NCBI RefSeq assembly: GCF_004010195.1
Contig: NC_057753.1
Span: 4,508,900 to 4,572,899, forward strand
Source of the DNA: Chiloscyllium plagiosum
Taxonomy: Eukaryota
Direction of reading: 5' to 3'
DNA: 64,000 bases
Both the position numbers and the translations under genes were made by a program. Below, in pieces: positions 51,501-63,807 of the stretch. The notes under the pieces are model-generated. The model was not told the DNA's origin, did no database searches, and saw only the letters and a list, made by a program, of their open reading frames with translations. Every line of letters starts with the position of its first letter. Position 1 is the first letter of the stretch.

Positions 51501-53990
51501 GCTAACCACTGAGCCACAGTGCCATCCCTCCCAGGTCACCCACAATTCTGACTGACTGGGAATTGGTCAAATCTCCACAGTTCAGGAGGAGGCCTTTTCT
51601 GCTCACCAAGTTCTCACCAACACTCCCTGCATCTGATTTGACCCAGGCCCCTATGTGTCCCCAGAGCAGCTGGGGTTATAGTGTCAAGAATCCTCTGTGG
51701 AAACAGGCCCTTCAGCCCAAAGTCTCCAACAACCTTCAATATCTCACCCAAACCTGCTCCCCATTACTCTACACTTTCCCCCAACCACTGTACCTAACCT
51801 ACACATCCCTGAACGCTATGGGAAATTTAGCACAACCACTTTACCCTAACCTGTACATCGTTGGACTATAGGAGGAAACCCATGCAGACAGTTACCTGAG
51901 GCTGGCATGAACCTGGGTCCCTGGCACTAGGGTAACAGTGCTAACCACTGAGCCTGCTTAACACTGCTTCACCGCACCAGGGACCCCAGTTGGATTCCAA
52001 TCTCAAGAAATTGGGGAGTTTGCATCTTCTGTCTATGGCTTTCCCCCTCCCCAACTGTCCAAGATGTGCAGGTAAGGTGGATTAGCCAATTGGGAAATGC
52101 AGGGTTACAGGGACAAGATGGGTCTGGGAATGCTCTTTGGAGGGACATTGTAGAATTTAAATGAAATGGGAATCTTCCACCCCAGTGTGATTCAGACTCC
52201 ACCCTCTCACTGGGCTGGATTAGCTGTGCTGATAGTGCTGTTAAGGCAGTGTTAGGTTTTATTGGTAGAGGGATTGAGTTCTGGAACAGCAATATCATGC
52301 TGCAACTATGCAATACACTAGTGTAGTCACACTTGGAATATTGTGTACAGTTCTGGTCGCCCCATTACAGGAAGGATATGGAAGCATTGGAAAAGGTGCC
52401 AAAGAGATTTACCAGGATGTTGCCTGGTCTGGAGGGAAGCTTTTGAGAAGGCTGAGGGACTTGGCCTTCTCTCCAATGAGAAGAGACCAAGAGGGGATTT
52501 AAGAGACCTACAAGGTCAGGATTAGATAGTGGACAATTTTTTTGTAGGATGATAACATCTTATATGAGGAGGCATAACTACAAATTGAGGGATGATTTAA
52601 GACAGATGTCAGAGGCAGGTTCTTTACGCAGAGTGGTAAGGGTGTGGAAGGCCCTGCTTGCTTAGCCTGCATAGTCAACTTAGCCACATTAGGGAGATTT
52701 GAACAGTCCTTAGATAAGCACATGGATGTTGGGATAGTGTAGGGGAGAGGCTTAGATTAGTTCACAGGTTGATGCAATCAAGGGCCAAAGGGCCTGTTCT
52801 GTGCTGTATTATTCTGTTGTGTCCAGGAATGTATAGAACATTGTTTTGTGAGGCAAATCTACCTAACTTTCTCCACCTTGGACTGGTGGGAAACCTGCAG
52901 CACCCAGCAGAAACACATTCTCCAAACCAATGCAAACATGCCATCCCCAGCCATGTAAAGCTAGCATTGAACCCAGGTCCCTGGCACCTGAGGCTGCAGT
53001 ACCAGCCATATAGCTCACTGACTTTAAAAATTCTGGGAAAGTCCTATCAGTGAAGATGCCAGTGTTGGACTGGGATGGACAAGGTCTAAGTTGCATTTGA
53101 AAGGACCAGCTTTTGGAGTGCTATTGCTTGTCAGGTGAAGTTCTGCCAGTGAAAATCTCCAAGCTTGTCCAACAGGTTTGCTTTGACTATAACCTGGTGC
53201 CAAATACCCAAAAAATGAGCTGCCTGTGGGTGGGCCTGCAGGTTTATTGACAATACAAAGAGCAGAGCTGTGGATAGTGTATACAAGGCTGTTGAAGGAT
53301 GAGTAGGCTATAGACCAGTTGTAGATGTGGCTGGGAACCAACAGATGGGGTTTAATCCAGTTAAATGTGGCATGCTGCAGTTCTGGAGAGAATTCTTTAA
53401 TAGAATCCCTACAGTGTGGAAACAGGCCCTTCGGTCCATCAAGTCCCCAGACTAGTGCATCCCACCCAAACCCATTCCCCTACACATTACATTTGCACCT
53501 AACCTGCGCATCCCTGAACACTCAGGGTGGATTGGCCATGCTAAATTACCCAAACCTCCACCTCTGTCTGCATAGGTCTCCTCCCACTATCCAATGTGTA
53601 AACTCCAGTCTCCCTAACTCTGGAATCAAACCAGAGTCCCTGGTGCCATGAGGTAGTAGTGCTAGCCACTGCCCTAACAATCCAATGTCAGGGAAAGTAT
53701 GCAGTTAATGGCAGGACTCTGAACAGCATTGATGTAGAGGGATCTTGGTTCAAGTCTGCACTCCCTGAAAGTGGCCCTATATGGATAGGGTGGTAGCACA
53801 TGCTTGCCTTTGGGAATGGAGTACAAATCACGATTCCATGTTGCAACTTTGTAAATCTCCAGTTAGGCCACAGGACAGTGTTCCATTCCATGTTTCAGGA
53901 AGGATTTGGAGGGGATGCAGAAGAGGCTTACTGGGATGCTACCTGGGTTGGAGGATGAGCTACAAGGAGAAGCTCAAAACTTAGCTTGGT
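48560..53990. mobile_element. Cluster of decayed CR1 3' ends and HE1 SINEs
   Basis: CR1 (+) ~48560-48970, 50280-50920, 52230-52815, 53690-53990; HE1 ~49178-49628 (+), 51330-51955 (-), 51970-52150 (+), 53400-53670 (-). Confidence 0.7.
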
Positions 53991-54039
53991 TTCTGCTGAG
54001 CAAGTCTTAGTCAAGCTTATAAAATGGACATGTGTTGAT

Positions 54040-54970
54040 AGAGCAAAGAAAACATACTCCCCAGGAATAGGTCCTTTGGCCCTCCAAGCCTGAGCCAATC
54101 CAAATCTAAGGTCTGAACCTATCGCCCAATTTCTAAGCATCTGTATCTCTACTCCCCACCTACTCATGCATCTGTCCAGACCCATTTTAAATGAACCTAC
54201 TGTGCCTGCCTCTACCGCTTCTGGTAATGCATTCCATACACCCACCACCCTCTGAAGTACTTGCTGTGTGTATCCCCCTTAAACTTTCCACCTCTCACCT
54301 TGAAAGTGTGACCTCTTGTTGAATCCTTCACCCTGGGGGGGGAAAGCTTCTCTATCCACCCTGTCTATACCCTTGATTTTGTAAGCCACAATCAGGTCCC
54401 CTCTCAATGTCCTATTTTCTAGGCTTGAAGATTTGTAGCTTGGGTGCTCGTTGTGGTTCTGCTCGCCGAGCTGGGAATTTGTGTTGCAGACTTTTTGTCC
54501 CCTGTCTAGGTGCCATCCTCAGTGCTTGGGAGCCTCCTGTGAAGCGCTGCTGTGATCTTTCCTCCGGCATTTATAGCAGCTAGCCATTTATAGAAGCACT
54601 TCACAGGAGGCTCCCAAGCACTGAGGATGTCACCTAGACATGGGACGAAACATCCTATTTTCTGATGAAAACAATCCTAACCTAATCAACCCCTTTTCAT
54701 AGCTAGCACTCCCCATCCCAGGCAACATCCTCCTAAACCTTCCCTGCACCCCCTCCAAAGTGTCCACATACTTTTGGTAACCAGAACCTTACACTGCATT
54801 CTAAATGCAGCTGAACCAATGTCTTGTACAATGTTAACATGACTTGTCAGCTCTTGTACTCAATACCCTGTCTGAAGGCAAGCATACTATATGCCTCCTT
54901 GACCACTCTATCCACCTGTGCAGCAACCTTCAGGGTACAATGGGCCTGCACTCCCAGGTCTCTCTGCTCA
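54040..54970 (-). mobile_element. CR1 3' portion (family of 12575-13790)
   Basis: VGVWNALPEAVEAGTV peptide; interrupted at 54421. Confidence 0.85.
54421..54652. mobile_element. Fold-back PLE insertion (27836 family) with two hammerhead motifs
   Basis: Arms CCTCAGTGCTTGGGAGCCTCCTGTGAAG / CTTCACAGGAGGCTCCCAAGCACTGAGG; TCCTATTTTCT duplicated at 54410-54420 and 54653-54663. Confidence 0.85.
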
Positions 54971-55599
54971 GCAGAATCTCTGGATAGTCCGAATCTGTTA
55001 GAATATCTATGCTGGGGGGGGGGTGAAGAAATGAGATTTAAGGTGGTGGGAGGGGGGTCAGGGTCAGGAGATGGGAGGGCTGGCTTTTATTGCCAGGGTG
55101 GTGGAGGCAGACAGTAAGTGGCTGCTTTTAAAGAGGCAGATGGATATGGATCAAGGGCTGGGCAGAAGGGATTGGTTTCAGGTCCAATAGTGTTTGCACT
55201 GGCCAAAGCACCCTCCTCCCCTGCTGCAGTTCATTAAGAATGTATGCGCTCACTGTTTTGTCGTCGATGGCTTTGTCAGGGTGGAGAGAGTGGTGGTATT
55301 GCTGGAGCTTGAACTCTGGTCTGGGGACCCAGGCTTGAATTCTAGTGTGGCAGATTGGTAGGATTTGAGTTGAGTAAGCAGTGAAATTAAGACTTGGATG
55401 ACCATGAATGTCCTGACAACTGTCAGGATGACCCATCTCATTCACTGCTGGCCTTGCCTAGTCAGGCCTGCATGTGAATTCAGGCCCACAGCAACATGGC
55501 TGACTCTTCCTCACTGCCCTCTGGACAATGAGGGATGGGTACAAAGTGGTGTCCAACCAGCAATGCCTTACCCTGTGAATGAATTGAGATAATGGGAGT

Positions 55600-58380
55600 C
55601 CAATGTACAACATGGAAACAGACCCCTTCAGTACAGCCTGTCCATGCCAACCAGATATCCAATCCAATGTAACCTCACCTGCCAGCACCCAGCCCATATC
55701 CTGCCAACCCTTCCTATTCATATACCCATCCAGATGCCTCTTAAATGTTGTAATTGTACCAGCCTCCACCACTTCCTCTGGCAGCTCATTCCATATACAG
55801 TCCTCTGAAAGCATTGCCCCATAGGTCTCTTTTATATCTTCCCCTCTCACCCTTAATCTATGCCTCTAGTTCTGCACCCCCTCACCCCAAGGAAATCTTG
55901 CCTATTTACCCTATCCAAGTTCAGATTTTATAAACCTCTATAAGGTCACCCCTCAGCCTCTGCTCCAGGGAAAACAGCCCTAGCCTATTCAGCCTCCCCC
56001 TTAGCTCAAATCCTCCAACCCTGGCAACATCCTTTTCTGCACCCTTCCAAGTTTCACATCTTTCTGATGGGAAGGAGACCAGATTGGTTAGGCCACTGTT
56101 GGAATATTGTGCACAATGTCCTGTACAGCTGCAACATGACCTCCCAACTCCGGGAAAACAGCCCTAGCCTATTCAGCCTCCCCCTATAGCTCAAATCCTC
56201 CAACCCTGGCAACATCCTTTTCTGCACCCTTCCAAGTTTCACAACATCTTTCTGATAGGAAGGAGACCAGATTGGTTAGGCCACTGTTGGAATATTGTGC
56301 ACAATGTCCTGTACAGCTGCAACATGACCTCCCAACTCCTGTACTCAATACTCTGACCAATGAAGGAAAGCATAGCAAATGCTGCCTTCACTATCCTATC
56401 TGCCTGCGACTCCACTTTCAAGGAGCTATGAACCTTCACTAAGGTCAGCAACATTCCCCAGGACCTGACCATGAAGTGTATAAGACCTGCTCTGATTTGT
56501 TTTCCCAAAATGCAGCACCTCTCACTTGTATAAATTAATCTCCATCTGCCACTTCTCAGCCCATTGGCCCATCTGATCAAGATCCTGTTGTAATCTGAGG
56601 TAACCTTCTTCACTGTCCACTACACCTTTCATTTTTTGTGTAATCCTCAAACTTACTAATGATACCTGTCCTGTTCAAATCCAAATCATTTATATAAATG
56701 ACAAAGCAGTGAACCCAGCACTGATTGTTGTGGAACTGCTGGTCACAGGCCTCCAGTTCGAGATTTCCCCACATGGAGCCATGCTGACTATTCCTAATCG
56801 GTCATTGCCTTTCCAAATACAAGGAACTCCTTTCCCTCATGATTCCCTCCAACAATGTGCCCATCACTGACATCAGCCTCACCAGTGTATAGTTCTTGGC
56901 TTGTCCTTACTGCCCTCAAACAGTGGCACCAGATTTGCCAATCTCTAGTCTTCTGGCACCTCACCTGTGACTATCTATGATACAAATATCTCCAGAGGCC
57001 CAGCAATTGCTTCCCAGAGTTCTAGGATCTACCTGATCAGTTTTGAGGATTTAGTCACTTCTGGGACATCCAGAACCACTAACTGAATGTAACTTCAGGT
57101 TGTCCTAATCTATTACCCCATACTCCTCATCCATCTCCTTCACAGTAAACACTGCACAATTCTCTTCTGGTATCTCCAGTGGTCCCACTCACAGGACCCC
57201 CTCAGCAAGGCAGCCTATTCTCCCCCTAGTTACCCTTGTTTATTCTTAACATTTTATAAAAACTGTTTGGATTCTCCTTCATTCTATTTATCAAAGCTAT
57301 CGCATGTCCCCTTTTTGCCCTTCGGATTTCCCTCTTAATTACTCCTACTCCCTTCCTAATCTTCTAAAGATCCACTCGATCTATCCTGTCTCTACCTGAC
57401 ATGCTGTTTGCTTTCTCTTGACCATATCGTCAATTTCTCTAGTCGAGCATTCTCAATACCTACCAGCATTTCCTTTCACCTTGACAGTCTGTATATTCCT
57501 GTAGTCATTCCTGAAGGCTTCCCATTTTCCAGCCCTCTCTTTACCTGCAAACATGTGCCCCCAATCAGCTTTTGAAAGTTCTTGCCTAATACCATCAAAA
57601 TTGGCCTTCCTCCAATCTAGAACTTCAACTTTTAGATCTGGTCTATCCTTTTTTCGCTATTTTTGGAACGAATAGAATTATGGTCGCTGGCCCCAAAGAG
57701 CTCTCCCACTGACACCTCAGTCACCTGCCCTGCCTTATTTCCCAAGAGTAGGTCGTTTTGCACCTCCTCTAGTAGGTACATCCACACTGAATCAGAAAAT
57801 TCTTGTACACACTTAACAAATTCCTCTCCATCTAAACCTTTAACACTGATAGTCCCAGTCTGTTGGGAAAGTTTAAAATCCTCTATCATAACCACTCTAT
57901 TCTTAGATATCTGAAATCTCCTTACAAATTGGTTTCTCCAATTCCTGCTGACTAGGGGGTCTATAATACAATCCCAATAATGCAATCATCCCTTTTGTAT
58001 TTCAGTTCCACCCCAAATAACTTCCCTGGATGTATTTCCAGGAATATCCTCCTTCAGCACAGCTGTAATACCTTGTCAAAACCACCACTCCCCCTCCTCT
58101 CTTGCCTCCCTTTCTATCCTTCCTGTAGCATTAGTATCCTGGAACATTAAGCTGCCAGTCCTGCCCATCCCTGAGCCATGTTTCTGTAATTGCTATGATA
58201 TCCCAGTCCCATGTTCCTAACCAAGCCCTGAGTTCATCTGCCTTCCCTGGTAGGCCTCTAATTATTTCAATGCAAGTCAGCCTGTTCTAGATTGTTCCTG
58301 CCTGCCTTGATGGAGCTGCTCCTTTTCCCAACTGTACCAGTCTCAAACTGATCTCTCCTCACTATTACCATGGTTTCCTG
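55600..58380 (-). mobile_element. Long, internally deleted CR1 LINE
   Basis: 3' end peptide WNELPEEVVEAGT; endonuclease peptide LDGEEFVKCVQE...LLLGNKAGQV (57632-57985). Confidence 0.85.
55968..56339 (+). repeat. ~184-bp tandem duplication inside CR1
   Basis: 55968-56151 ~ 56152-56339. Confidence 0.9.
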
Positions 58381-59529
58381 CCCCATTCCCAGTTGGAAGC
58401 TGATCCAGTGACAAGGTGAATTGAATTCTGACCTACCACCTTAGTGTAGGATCCCAGGCAAGGTCAGGACCACAGGAACCTTAGTGTGTTTGTGCACTAA
58501 TCCCTTAAGTTGTCAAGAGGTGAATGAAGTGGTTATACGAATTAGTTGAGGCATGGAGGTTTAGAGCAGGGAGGATACAGAAACAATCTAAAATGTTTAG
58601 ATCATAGCTGGAATCCTGTTGTTCTGGAATCCACATTAGGGGTTGTGCTCATACTTGAGGAATATACATTTACCAGAATATTGCCTGGACTGGAAATTCA
58701 GTTGAGATTTGACCCAATGGGTGTTTTTTCCTGGAAGCTGAGGGGACTGGTTTATAAAACAGGGCATTGAGAAGGACCTTGATGGATGATTTATAATCGG
58801 GTATGGTTTTAAGGTCCAGGACTGAAATGGAGATGACAACTTTGCCCCCACATGGGACTCTGGAACAGAGTGCCTGTAGGGGTGAGGCTGAAATCCTCCA
58901 CACTAAAGTAGATACATGAATGCCAAGGTCTACAAGGCAATGGCCAAGTGCTGGGAGATGGGGTTAGAATACTGAGGTGGATGCTCTGACCAGTCTGTTT
59001 GGGTTATCTGATGGAAAGAGATGGCTGCTCAGCCTATGATCTCTATCCTGATGTCCAGTTATTTTGGTTATGCTGAATTTGCACATAGAAAGACCAACTC
59101 TGTAGCATCCGTCTGGCAATCATAAGGACATGCTTTGGGAAGAGTCTGCACTTTCACTCAGAATGGTGATTGCTCTGCATGTGGACACTTCCCCTGAGAA
59201 TCTAATACCTGAAACTGCCAGGCTTGATTTTAGATTTCAACCTACTTTTTTATTCTGTTAAAGCTTGCTTGTTCTGAACATAGCTGCAAATTGAACTTCG
59301 GAAAACGCTTTGTTCAAGGAAGTGCCAACAGAAGACTAAAATGAAATGGCTTAATTTATTATTAACTGCTCTCCATAGCAACAAATCTACCAAACCTGTT
59401 TGAGTAGCAGCAATGCATTCTTGTGTGGTGTCCTGATGCAGCTTTTCAAGATGTCGACTGGTGACAATCTTTTGGATAAGGTTTTGGACATACCAACACA
59501 TCTAGACATTGTTTTGTTGCTCCCTTCAG

Positions 59530-59666
59530 ATGGTTCCCTATGACATTCTGGACACCAATGAGCACAGAAGAGAAGGAACTGGCTAAGATCGCTCAGTTAC
59601 AAAAGGAGACAGCAGCGCACATAAAGCGAAACCAAAGGATGATGGTCCATGCACTCGCTGGACGAG
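59530..59666 (+). CDS. TPX2-like: TPX2-like exon (phase 2 to 1)
   Basis: CTCCCTTCAG| acceptor, GAG|GTAAAC donor; WFPMTFWTPMSTEEKELAKIAQLQKETAAHIKRNQRMMVHALAGR resembles the TPX2 segment KSTEEQELEK...RKKNEE...ALAG (recalled, not searched). Confidence 0.7.
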
Positions 59667-60007
59667 GTAAACTGACTGACCAGGTCAGGATGGGTTAGAC
59701 AGTCAGCTCCAAAGGCCCTTTGCTCAATCTGTGCTGACCTACCCATTCTAATCACACATGACCTGTAGCCCTGAATGATGATTCAAAGCATGAATCAAGT
59801 CATACCAGACTTAATGTTAAGATCTAATAGCAACTGTACAGAAGAAAAATGTTAATGCCATAATACCTCAAGGTGAGGGGGTGAAGCGCTAGAAAGCCGG
59901 TTAGTGCAAAAAGGTCAGACTTTTGTGTTGACCATGTCAGCTTTACAATGACCTGTTTCTTCAGCACTAAGATGTGCTGGTTTGTTTTTACCACTGCTGT
60001 AGATCAA

Positions 60008-61873
60008 TGACTGCAGATCATGGAAACCAGATTCTGGATCAGTGGTGCTGGAAAAGCACAGCAGTTCAGGCAGCATCCGAGGAGCAGGAAAATCCATGTT
60101 TCAGGCAAAAGCCCTTATTCAGGAATGCAGGCAGAGAGCCTGAATAGTAGAGAGATAAGGGGGTGGGGAGAAAGTAGCCAAGAGTACAATAGGTGAGTGG
60201 GGGAGGGGATCAAGGTGATGGATCGGGGGAGGCTGGAGTGGATAGGTGGAAAAGATAGGCAGGTAGGACAAGTCATGGGGACGGTGCTGAGCTGGAAGTT
60301 TGGAACTGGGGTAAGGTGGGGAAGGGGAAATGAGGAAACTGGTGAAGTCCACATTGATGCCCTGGGGTTGAAGTGTTCCAAGGCAGATGAGGTGTTCTTC
60401 CTCCAGGCATCTGGTGAGGGAGCGGTGGTGAAGGAGGCCCAGGACTTCTATGTCCTCTGCAGAGTGGGAAGGGGAGTTGAAATGTTGGGCCACAGGGGCG
60501 GTGTAGTTGATTGGTGTGGGTATCCTGGAGATGTTCCCTAAAGTGCTCTGCTAGGAGGCGTCCAGTCTCTCCAATGTAGAGGAGACCACATCGGGAGCAA
60601 TGGATACAATAAATGATATTGGTGTATGCGCAGGTAAAACTTTGTATGTGGAAGGCTCCTTTGAGGCCTTGGATGGAGGTGTGGGTGCAGGTTTTGCAGT
60701 TCTGGCAGGGGAAGGTGCCAGGATGAGGGTGGGTTGTAGGGGGGCATGGACCTGACCAGGTAGTCACGGAGGGAATGGTCTTTGTGGAAGGCGGAGAGGG
60801 GTGGGGAAGGAAATATATCCCTGGTGGTGGGGTCTGTTTGGAGGTGGCGGAAATGTCGGTGGATGATCTGGTTTGTGAAGGTTGGGTGGAAGGTGAGCAC
60901 CAGGGGCATTCTGTCCTTGTTATGGTTGGTGGGGTCGGGTCTGGGGACAGGTGTGGGATGTGGACGAGATGGGTTGGAGGGCATCTTTAACCACATGGGA
61001 AGGGAAATTGCGGTCTCTAAAGAAGGAGGCCATCTGGTGTTCTGTGGTGGAACCGCTCCTCCTGGGAGCAGATACAGCAGAGGAATTTGGAATATGGGAT
61101 GTCATTTTTGCAGGAGGTAGGGTGGGAAGAGGTGTAATCCAGGTAGCTGTGGGAGTCGGTGGCTTTGTTTTTAAAAAAAAAGTCAGTGTCAAGTTGGTTG
61201 TCATTAATGGAGATGGAGAGGTCCAGGAAGGGGAGGGAGGTGTCAGATGGTCCAGGTAAATTTAAGGGCAGGATGGAATGTGTTGAAGTTGAACTGCTCA
61301 ACCTCCTCACGGGAGCACGAGGTGGCGCCAATGCAGTCATCAATGTAGCTGAGGAGGAGGTGGGGAGTGGTGCCGGTGTAATTACGGAAGATGGACTGTT
61401 CTATGTTGCCAACAAAAGACAGGCATAGCTGGGGCCCATACATCTGCCCATGGCTACCCCTTTGGTCTGGAGGAAGTGGGAGGATTTGAAGGAGAAATTA
61501 AGGGAGTTCAGCCAAATGAGTCAGTGGAAGGGTACTGTTAGGGCTGTCAGGAGAGGAAGAAATGGAGGGCTTGGAGGCCCTGGTCATGGCAGATGGAGGT
61601 GTAGAGGATTGGATATCCATGGTGAAGATGAGGTGTTGAGGGCTGGGGAAACGGGAGTCTTGGAGGGTGTGGGTGGTTTCTCGAACGTATGTGGGGAGTT
61701 CCTGGAGTAGGGAATAGGACAGTGTCAAGGTAGGTAGAGATGAGTTCAGTGGGGCAGGAGCATGCTGAGACAATGGGTCGGCCAGGGTGGTCAGGCTTGT
61801 GGATCTTGGGAAGGAGGTAGAACCGGGCAGTGCGGAGTTCCTGGACTATGAGGTTGGAAGCTGTGGGTGGGAA
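60008..61873 (-). mobile_element. Long PLE family-A element (RT + GIY-YIG), frameshifted
   Basis: FYLLPKIHK..PGRPIVS, FTMDIQS, YIDD, PFLDL, IIYCIHCSRCGLLYIGETGR; degenerate hammerhead at ~60092-60125. Confidence 0.92.
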
Positions 61874-61983
61874 GTCAACTCTTGTTTCTCTTTCCACAGA
61901 TCAGCCAGGTTTTTATTTCAGATCTCCAGTATTCACGTTATTTCAGATTTGTCTGACTGAGGCAGAATTTTGTCCTTGAACAG

Positions 61984-62133
61984 TGTTTGGAATCCCAGTT
62001 GAACAACACAGCAGATGGGGTGCCAGACTCAACCACATTCAAAAGGCAGTAGCTCCAGAAGAACAACTCATAAATGTATCAGCTTGGACTGAACTCCTGA
62101 ATGACTCCGGGTTGGAAACAAACCCACTGTCAT
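61984..62133 (+). CDS. Candidate next TPX2-like exon (3' end uncertain)
   Basis: TTTTGTCCTTGAACAG| acceptor in phase with 59666; VFGIPVEQHSRWGARLNH...EEQLINVSAWTELL weakly resembles TPX2 VDFHFRTDERIK...EVNFTSEL. Confidence 0.5.
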
Positions 62134-62135
62134 GT

Positions 62136-62300
62136 GAGGAGAAAGTGAGGACTGCAGACACTGGAGATCAGAGCTGAAAATGTGTTGCTGGAAAAGCGCA
62201 GCAGGTCAGGCAGCATCCAAGGAGCAGGTGAATCGACGTTACGGGCATGAGCCCTTCTTCAGGGCTTATGAAGAATGGCTCATGCCCGAAACATCGACTC
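62136..62300. mobile_element. Young family-A mini-element with two inverted hammerhead motifs
   Basis: GAATCGACGTTACGGGCATGAGCCCTTCTTCA-gggctta-TGAAGAATGGCTCATGCCCGAAACATCGACTC. Confidence 0.85.
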
Positions 62301-62384
62301 TGGATGACAGTGGGGTATGTAGGGGGGGGGTGTCAATGCAGGTGAGTGGCATTGGTGGGGGTTGAAGTGGTAAACATGACAGTT

Positions 62385-62606
62385 GGGGGTGGAAGTCACT
62401 GAGCACATGACCTCAGTGAGGGGCAGAAGTGATGTCACGTGTGGTGCATGAGGAATTAAGGGGTGGAAGTGGCTGTGGGAGCAGAAGTGACATCAATCAG
62501 CGTGGGGATGGTGGCTGCACAAGCCACATGGCTAATGGTGTCCGAATAGTTCCAGAAGCTGGGGGGAATCTACTGGCATGTTTGAGTGCTGGTTATGGAG
62601 GTGAGT
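62385..62606 (+). pseudogene. Possible CpG-decayed promoter plus first coding exon
   Basis: Four GGGYRGAAGT-like motifs, ATG at 62508, 31 codons to GAG|GTGAGT, two in-frame stops. Confidence 0.3.
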
Positions 62607-63379
62607 AGATAAGTTTGTTGTACTTAGTTTTTGATGTTTGAGATGGTATTGAAATACTGTGGAGACTGAACTCTCCTGAGAATGTAGTACAGAAGGGGTC
62701 CTTTGCAGTTCTGTGTGGCTCTCAGCTGAGGCAGGGCTGACTGTAGCAGTGTTTAATGAAGCTGGAAACCAAGGGGTTTGGTGAGAGCCACAGGGCTGTA
62801 GACACTAACTCAGTCACTTCAAAGTGAGCAGTTGCTGGAAGTCTGCTATTGCAACTTTAGCATATTTTCCTTGCCTACCTTTTTACCAATGTGGTTATTG
62901 AGAACCAGAACAAGAGGTCCACTCTCCAAGGAGATGGGTAATTCTTTAACTCTTACAGATAGTGTACAACATGGGGGGGCGGAAATGTTAGCTCAATCAC
63001 TTTCTCCAGGGGGATCCAACATTTAGGGTTTGGGGGGGGGGGGGGATATGGGCCAGGTGCTGACAGGTGGTACGAGTTTGCTTGCATTGGGTTATCTGGT
63101 CAGCATAGACAAATTGGACCAAAGGGTTTGTTTCTGGGCTGTCCATCTCCAGCCCTTAAACTGGGTAAGTGGGAGAGGGTGGTGAGTGTCCTGGAACAGG
63201 AATTAAATTGAAGTGATTTAAGGCAATGGAATGTTGTCCACCTAAAAGGTGGATCAGACCACAACGGTGCGTGCGCGCAAGTCTAAAAGTTGGGGGGAAA
63301 AAATCCTGTGAAATTTAAACAGGATGCATAGCCTCAGAATGAAGGGGTGCAATGTGAAGACTGAAATGGGGAATTTGAG

Positions 63380-63807
63380 GGTTGAGTCTTAGATGTCATT
63401 GTTAGAGAGCTGTGGGGTGTAGACCCTCTTGTGGATATAAGGCTGCAATAGGTAAATTGTTGACCAGGGGAATGAAGGGTTATACAGCACAGCTCCTTTT
63501 GGCCCATTGTTGCGCTGACCTGTGAAACCAATCCGAAGCCCACCTAACCTACCCTAATCCATTCTTGTCCACATGCCTATCCAATGACCATTTGGTTGAG
63601 TTTTAGATGTCATTGTTAGAGAGCTGTGGGGTGAAGACCCTCTTGTGGATATAAGGCTGCAATAGGTAAATTGTTGACGAGGGGAATGAAGGGTTATACA
63701 GCACAGGTCCTTTTGGCCCATTGTTGTGCTGACCTGTGAAACCAATCCGAAGCCCACCTAACCTACCCTAATCCATTCTTGTCCACATGCCTATCCAATG
63801 ACCATTT
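63380..63807 (+). repeat. 214-bp tandem duplication overlapping a CR1 3' end (-, continues to 64000)
   Basis: 63380-63593 ~ 63594-63807 with a few substitutions. Confidence 0.9.
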
